Below the pieces are notes generated by a model, which worked only from the letters and a program-made list of their open reading frames with translations, was not told where the DNA came from and ran no database searches. The position numbers were made by a program, and so were the translations under genes. A stretch of DNA of 64,000 bases, from the NCBI GenBank assembly GCA_034521025.1, contig JAXHMZ010000005.1, positions 26,352 to 90,351 of the forward strand. The letters are read 5' to 3'. Below, in pieces: positions 58,795 through 64,000 of this stretch (position 1 is its first letter; each line of letters begins with the position of its first letter). This stretch comes from Candidatus Campbellbacteria bacterium. Its GTDB lineage: Bacteria > Patescibacteriota > Minisyncoccia > Phycocordibacterales > JAXHMZ01.

Positions 58795-59895
58795 TTAGCG
58801 TGTCTCTGTCTTTCGCGGTAATTCTTTGTCCGTATCTACAACTCGAAATAATTTGCTACCGATAACTCTTCCTGATTCAGTCTCAACCGTAACACGCCAC
58901 CAACCCGCACTTACGTTAGATTTATAGGTATAGCCACGATAGCCCTGATCTCTACCGCCGTATACTGGGAAAGACACACTGCTCACCGAAACCCAGCCGC
59001 CATCGCTCCATCTCTTCCAATTGTGGACCACTTCAGCGTTTAAATTCGTGGGAGCAAAAATACTGCTAAAAAGATATAGCCGGCTATTCTCTTCTGCGAT
59101 GTGAATAGTGTCATATAGCAGAAACCACTCATACCACCTATCAACTTCCGCTAAAGCTTTGTATTCTCCTGAGTTGTTTCTCTCCACGTTATGGTAAACT
59201 CCGGCGTCTCGCAGGGAGAGCGGAAAAGGAGGAATGAGATTGGCAAAATAAAGAAAATTCACTGCCAAAAAAACAACCGTGACACTCCCCAAAAGAAGAT
59301 CTTTCCTATTTCCAATACGAGGAGCTAAGCGAGAAGCTATCCATAGATAAACTAGAATAGCTATCACGCTTAAAACCCCGCTCAACAAAAATACCAAAGT
59401 ACTTATGTCGCGCAACATATACGGCACAAACAAGACCAAGTAGGACATTATGGCAAAAAAGTACGCGCTAACTTGTACCGTAAGCCACATATATTGTTTT
59501 TTGAAAAGTTCAGTCCCGACAAAAAGAAATATCAACGGAAGGAGAAACGGCCAGCTCGTAGTGATAGCCCCACTATGAGAATATAAAACAATAAATATGC
59601 TAAAAAGTGCTCCATACGAATATAAAATGACTAGCGGGATAAATAGACGTATATAACGCAACATCTTTCCCTGCATAGCGTCTTTGGGAAGATTGACGAC
59701 AATTATTCCGATCCCTATCAAAACCAGGTGTACTAAAAGTATTATTTGTACAACTTCTATATTAAGAGTCCTAACCGCTATAGTATCTCCGATAAAACCA
59801 AAAAGCAACGCTCCCGGCAACAGATAGCGCTCGTATTTTTTGTACCAATCCCGTACCTGGCGGAACTGCGACCATTCTTTTATACGCTTTAACAT
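58795..59895 (-). CDS. Multi-pass membrane protein with C-terminal DUF2914-like domain
   Basis: About 7 TM helices; FSSIFAPTNL, GGRDQGYRGYTYK, GWWRVTVET..GRVIG. Confidence 0.8.
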   Translation of the reverse strand: MLKRIKEWSQFRQVRDWYKKYERYLLPGALLFGFIGDTIAVRTLNIEVVQIILLVHLVLIGIGIIVVNLPKDAMQGKMLRYIRLFIPLVILYSYGALFSIFIVLYSHSGAITTSWPFLLPLIFLFVGTELFKKQYMWLTVQVSAYFFAIMSYLVLFVPYMLRDISTLVFLLSGVLSVIAILVYLWIASRLAPRIGNRKDLLLGSVTVVFLAVNFLYFANLIPPFPLSLRDAGVYHNVERNNSGEYKALAEVDRWYEWFLLYDTIHIAEENSRLYLFSSIFAPTNLNAEVVHNWKRWSDGGWVSVSSVSFPVYGGRDQGYRGYTYKSNVSAGWWRVTVETESGRVIGSKLFRVVDTDKELPRKTETR

Positions 59896-59972
59896 TTCTT
59901 GATATTAGCGAGAAATCGTCTATTAAACAAATAAATACCCGCCGGAGCGGGTATTGGAGGGTTTTAGCGAGA

Positions 59973-60398
59973 TCAGCTGACGGATTCCTCTCTAGTAGCA
60001 CCAAGTGCGTCCCTGAGCTTCTCCTCGATATCGTGCTTATCTGCAGGAGAAATGTTCTCTCTACCGAGTTTGCCTAGCTCTCGACGAACCTGAGACACGA
60101 GATCAACCAGATCTTCTCTCCCGTCGTCCTGTCGCTTTTTGATCAACTCGAGAGCCTTCTTTATTCTCAGCCAGCATCCTTTGATGCAAATGTCATCGAA
60201 CTCCTTTTCGTCTGAAGGAAGAACCCAGAGGTCACTTCGCGAATAACCGGCTTTCTCTAGGTCTCCTCTGATAAGCTCCAGCACGGGTTCGTACTCGACA
60301 TTCTTCATACGAACCCTCTGTAGGCGTCTACGTCCGCGCTCGAGATCGTCGTTTCCGATACCTGAGTTCTCCACGTCCTCAAACCTATGGCTACTCAT
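59973..60398 (-). CDS. Hypothetical protein
   Basis: 141-aa charged ORF with AAGGGGGAG SD-like sequence upstream of ATG 60398. Confidence 0.5.
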   Translation of the reverse strand: MSSHRFEDVENSGIGNDDLERGRRRLQRVRMKNVEYEPVLELIRGDLEKAGYSRSDLWVLPSDEKEFDDICIKGCWLRIKKALELIKKRQDDGREDLVDLVSQVRRELGKLGRENISPADKHDIEEKLRDALGATREESVS

Positions 60399-60475
60399 TT
60401 TATAGCTCCTCCCTTGAAAGTACTTGCAAGATTTCCTTCTGTAAAAAGAACACATTTAAAGCATTTTTTCAACCT

Positions 60476-60574
60476 TTGTGCGCAAGAGAGGAATCGAATC
60501 TTACAGATTCGGTACAGGTTTCGTGTTGTGCTCGCTATCGCGACGCGCAACATACTCAACCTTTTCGATTCCTC
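60476..60574 (-). repeat. Duplicated tRNA-Leu 3' end plus long hairpin element
   Basis: TTGTGCGCAAGAGAGGAATCGAA at 60476-60498 equals 60602-60624; nested inverted repeats between. Confidence 0.85.
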
Positions 60575-60604
60575 ACAAAAGCTCATAAATGAGCTTTTTT
60601 CTTG

Positions 60605-60689
60605 TGCGCAAGAGAGGAATCGAACCTCCACGCCCGCAATGGACACTAGCCCCTCAAGCTAGCCTGTCTACCAGTTCCAGCACTTGCGC
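60605..60689 (-). tRNA. tRNA-Leu (GAG), long variable arm
   Basis: GCGCAAG...CTAGC-TTGAGGG-GCTAG, variable arm, GGAGG-TTCGATT-CCTCT-CTTGCGC-A. Confidence 0.95.
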
Positions 60690-60759
60690 TCACGTTTCCG
60701 GGTACATAAAACTCACCTAGAGTATACCCGTTTAAAATAAGTTTTCAAGAAAACGAAAG

Positions 60760-60993
60760 CTATTGATCTTGTGTTGTATCTTCTTCGAGGATCTCGGATT
60801 CTACGGCGGACTCATCGTCGTCATCCGCTGGTGTAGGCTCTACTTGTTCTTGCTCGTTTCGGTCGTTGGCATTATCCTCAACCTCGTCAATGGAGCTCTC
60901 AAGGATCCCTAGGTAAATAAAGTGGTTCAAAACCATCAATACAAGCACTAGAACGATAATCGAAAAACCATATAATGTGGGTACTCTTTGCAT
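60760..60993 (-). CDS. Small acidic single-pass membrane protein
   Basis: One TM helix then D/E-rich tail. Confidence 0.6.
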   Translation of the reverse strand: MQRVPTLYGFSIIVLVLVLMVLNHFIYLGILESSIDEVEDNANDRNEQEQVEPTPADDDDESAVESEILEEDTTQDQ

Positions 60994-61053
60994 ATAGAGA
61001 CAGTATACATTTTATAAGAAAAAAAGTAATCAACACAAGAAAAAAAGAAGGTT

Positions 61054-61650
61054 TTATCCTTCTTTTTTGTCTTCTTCGGTTGTCTCGTCTTCTTTTGGAG
61101 TCTCTTCTTCGGTGGTCGACTCTTTTTCAGATTCTTCTGTAGTATTTCCCTCATCTTCAGAGCTTGCTTGTGTATCTTCTGTTTCTTTTTCTGTCTCTTC
61201 TGCCGTATTTTCTTCTTCCTTTTTCTTTTCCTCTTCTTCGGCTTGTCGCTTGGCTTCTGCCTCGGACTCGCTCATAGTAGATCTGTCCATAAACCGAGCG
61301 TTACGCATCTGTCGGCGGATCTCACGCGCGACTTTCTTGCGTATATAGTAGAGCTTGGAGCGGCGAACTCTCGCTCGTTTTACAATTTCTATCTTATCGA
61401 TCAATGGTGAATAGAGTGGGAATATACGCTCAACACCGACACCGCTTGATACGCGACGAACGGTAAATGTAGCTCCCGGTTCGTTTCCGTGTTTGACCGC
61501 CAAAACAATTCCCTCAAATACCTGAATTCGAGTTTTTCCTTTTTCCTCTATTTTCTGGTGAACACGCACGGTGTCTCCGGCGCGAACTCCGATTTCTTTG
61601 CGCTCTTCAACGTTTACTGGAGAAAAGTCATTTGTTAGTACTTGTGACAT
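61054..61650 (-). CDS. rplS: 50S ribosomal protein L19 with long acidic C-terminal tail
   Basis: [25 protein letters not shown]...[21 protein letters not shown]. Confidence 0.97.
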   Translation of the reverse strand: MSQVLTNDFSPVNVEERKEIGVRAGDTVRVHQKIEEKGKTRIQVFEGIVLAVKHGNEPGATFTVRRVSSGVGVERIFPLYSPLIDKIEIVKRARVRRSKLYYIRKKVAREIRRQMRNARFMDRSTMSESEAEAKRQAEEEEKKKEEENTAEETEKETEDTQASSEDEGNTTEESEKESTTEEETPKEDETTEEDKKEG

Positions 61651-61691
61651 ACAAAGAGTAAATTACCACGCGCAGAGGTTTTTAGCAATAC

Positions 61692-62426
61692 TTACTCAGC
61701 GCGTAGAGTGTTTAAGAATCTTTCAAAGCTTTCGGGCATATCGGCTACTACCGTTTCTGTGTCTCCATTTAAGTTACGGAAAGATATTTTTCGCGCATGC
61801 AAGGCCATACGACCCAACTCCTCCGGACATGGCGTATCTTTAAAGCTATAGAGCGGGTCGCAGAGAACCGGCCTATGGATACTTTTGAGGTGTACTCGTA
61901 TCTGATGTGTGCGCCCGGTTTTTGGAAATACTGATATATATGTAAGGTCCGCGAAGCGATCTATAACTTCTATCTCGGTTTCCGCATCGCGCAATTTCCC
62001 TTTGGCGCCGCGCTGAGCTGACCATTTCCGAAAGTCACCGGAACTGCGTCCAATCGGTCTACTTATGGTTTGGATATCTTCTCTGACTATACCGGCAACT
62101 ATTGCTCTATATTCTTTCTCAATTGAGTGCTCCTGGAATTGCTTTTTAAGGTGGAGAAACTCTTCCTGAGTCTTCGCTATTAGGATCACTCCTGAGGTAT
62201 CTTTGTCTAATCTGTGAACAATACCCGGCCTTTTAATAGTTTCACCACTGGAGACCTTCTGGAGCTCCCCCACCTCCTCTAGTTTTGGGTACTTGTCTCG
62301 TATCCAATCCACGAGCGTAGGATCACTTGTCCTGCCGTCTGAATGCACCATAAGCCCTGACGGCTTATCGACCGCCAGTAAATGTTCGTTTTCTAATAGA
62401 ATATTTGGGATCAATGACTTATCCAT
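61692..62426 (-). CDS. RluA/RluD-family pseudouridine synthase
   Basis: VDKPSGL, RPGIVHRLDKDTSG, TGRTHQIRVH, LHA. Confidence 0.95.
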   Translation of the reverse strand: MDKSLIPNILLENEHLLAVDKPSGLMVHSDGRTSDPTLVDWIRDKYPKLEEVGELQKVSSGETIKRPGIVHRLDKDTSGVILIAKTQEEFLHLKKQFQEHSIEKEYRAIVAGIVREDIQTISRPIGRSSGDFRKWSAQRGAKGKLRDAETEIEVIDRFADLTYISVFPKTGRTHQIRVHLKSIHRPVLCDPLYSFKDTPCPEELGRMALHARKISFRNLNGDTETVVADMPESFERFLNTLRAE

Positions 62427-62466
62427 CAGCCCCAATATACCTCAAAAGTAGTACAGGAGCTACACA

Positions 62467-64000
62467 CTAGTCACAACTGTAATCCTCGGCAGTAGGTTCT
62501 TCGACTTCTCCTGCAAAGCCGGTTGAATCCGCGCAGTAGACACCCCCACCCGAGAGAGTGGCTTCAGCCGCCCACGCATCAGCGCTGTCGTAGCAAGAAG
62601 CACTCACATCCGAGCTCAGCTCTGATATCTCTTCAGACTTCTCCTGCCACCGATCTGAATCACAGAATCCCTCATAGGAAAGTGAATTATCAGAATAATA
62701 CAGTTCCGCTTCGGAGCGCACCTGTTGTATGTCTGCTCGTATATTAATGGCTATAGTTGCCTTTCTATCCTCAATAACTCTACTTCCAAACATAAGTTCG
62801 GCTGCTTCATCAAAGGTCAAAGGGTCATCCGGAGCTTGAATGTCAATTCGTTGATTTATGTCAGACAAAGTTACCTTTGAAACCAGTCGAAGCTGGGTAT
62901 CACTTGAGGCCTGAGGAGGACCAAAAAACATCTCGTCTTCCGGTATCGCTTCCGGATTTGGCACAAATACTACTTCCGTTGAATACTGGATCGGATAGCC
63001 CGTACGCTCATCCATCCAGATGGTAAAGTCAACGTGTTCATTAAGGTATTCAACTAACTCAGTGAATTCTTCTGTTTCAAAAAAGGCAAGATCGTGCTCA
63101 AGCGCTCGCTCTTCTGCCGCGATCTGTTCTTCATCAGTAAGTTTCGAAATTATGTCCGACATAAGCACTTCATAAAACTCGGGGAAACTATCCGCATTTA
63201 TTCCCAAACTGTACCCGATCGCATTTCTGCCATCCTCAAGTTCTTTCTTCTGGGGCGAGCCATTCAAGACGAACGGATTGTGCTCGGAAACAGCGTTGGA
63301 TAGCATACGCGGAGACTCAGAAAGGTATTCTTCTTCGCTTTCGCTAGTGTCTGAAGGTAAGACAGAGCTAAGCATATTGTTCGATATCTCCTCCTCGGGG
63401 ATACTGATCCATCGCTCTCTAATTGGCTCTATATCAAAGAAGAATATTGAGGGGAAATGATTCACACGCGCGTATATTTTTTCATCCTTTATCAAGCTTT
63501 CGGCATCAACCTTAACCGTAAGATCCCCCCAATCAACATCTGCTGAGAGAGAATTTTTCATATCAGGTAATTCCGTATCCTCTTCTTCCAAGCCCGCTAT
63601 GCCGGAAAACGAGACATCGCCATTAAAACGCGCCGGTAGAGATATTGCAGTCATATTCAGACCTTCAAGACCTCCCACAAATGAGCTTTTGTATAAAACT
63701 CTATTGGCAGAAAGAAAGAAGAAATCGCTTGTGTCTTGGGTAAATGTAATGGTGCCATCGGTATGTTCGCCTTCTATATCCTCCTTGAGATAATCAAAAA
63801 CCTCTTCTGTTTCAAATTGCACCGCGAGTTCATAACCACTACCGCCGTCTGTCCTTTGATAGTCAAGGGAGTCAGTGTCAACTTCTGCAAAAGTCCCGAT
63901 CTCCGCAAGAGAAGCAGGAAAAGATCCGCTTAACCGTTCGTGACTATTCAAATCTCTTCTTATGCTTTTAACACCGTCAAACAACTCGATATCGTCTTCA
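62467..64000 (-). CDS. Large acidic exported-type protein, 5'-truncated by the window edge, with a pilin-like C-terminal domain
   Basis: Open frame of at least 505 aa running towards the window edge; C-terminal IRADIQQVRSEAELYYSDN..SYEGFC...C.DSADAWAAEA......YCADSTG. Confidence 0.6.
   Translation of the reverse strand, partial: EDDIELFDGVKSIRRDLNSHERLSGSFPASLAEIGTFAEVDTDSLDYQRTDGGSGYELAVQFETEEVFDYLKEDIEGEHTDGTITFTQDTSDFFFLSANRVLYKSSFVGGLEGLNMTAISLPARFNGDVSFSGIAGLEEEDTELPDMKNSLSADVDWGDLTVKVDAESLIKDEKIYARVNHFPSIFFFDIEPIRERWISIPEEEISNNMLSSVLPSDTSESEEEYLSESPRMLSNAVSEHNPFVLNGSPQKKELEDGRNAIGYSLGINADSFPEFYEVLMSDIISKLTDEEQIAAEERALEHDLAFFETEEFTELVEYLNEHVDFTIWMDERTGYPIQYSTEVVFVPNPEAIPEDEMFFGPPQASSDTQLRLVSKVTLSDINQRIDIQAPDDPLTFDEAAELMFGSRVIEDRKATIAINIRADIQQVRSEAELYYSDNSLSYEGFCDSDRWQEKSEEISELSSDVSASCYDSADAWAAEATLSGGGVYCADSTGFAGEVEEPTAEDYSCD

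Noticed and set aside
58300-60500. Prophage or genomic island integrated at tRNA-Leu
   Set aside because: The att-like repeats enclose only ~100 bp; no integrase or phage genes nearby.
60387-60662. ORFs 60387-60662 and 60395-60646
   Set aside because: They overlap tRNA-Leu and its duplicated 3' end; the repeated peptide reflects that DNA repeat.

Overview
Bacterial chromosomal fragment, gene-dense and mostly minus-strand coded, very probably from a Patescibacteria/CPR (Parcubacteria-like) organism. This is inferred from gene content and order: rplK with no rplA after it, rplJ-rplL detached from rpoB, alpha2-type GlyRS, type-2 IleRS, a membrane-anchored Clp ATPase, an ECF sigma with a membrane partner and peptidoglycan-binding surface proteins. 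Many proteins are strongly acidic. Most of the window is housekeeping: ribosomal proteins, four aminoacyl-tRNA synthetases, recA/recO/rarA/ssb/ftsK, umuDC, pgi/zwf/ndh, dut/tmk/folA, tRNA-His and tRNA-Leu. The most unusual region is 6.2-14.7 kb. It holds three tandem, partly nucleotide-identical acidic surface-protein paralogs (two with many indels), then a ~0.9 kb intergenic region. Next is a four-helix-bundle + winged-helix gene flanked by, and containing, 18 copies of an 8-bp motif TGTC(C/T)TTT, mostly in three dense clusters, divergent from ftsK-recA. This is the best candidate for an undescribed system. Also noted: a family of long perfect palindromes in intergenic spaces, extended -10 boxes 6-8 nt before many start codons (leaderless pattern), a histidine-phosphatase domain inside IleRS and a tRNA-Leu-derived structured element. 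No CRISPR array, rRNA, transposase, integrase or reverse transcriptase was seen. All calls come from reading the sequence only; no database searches were run.
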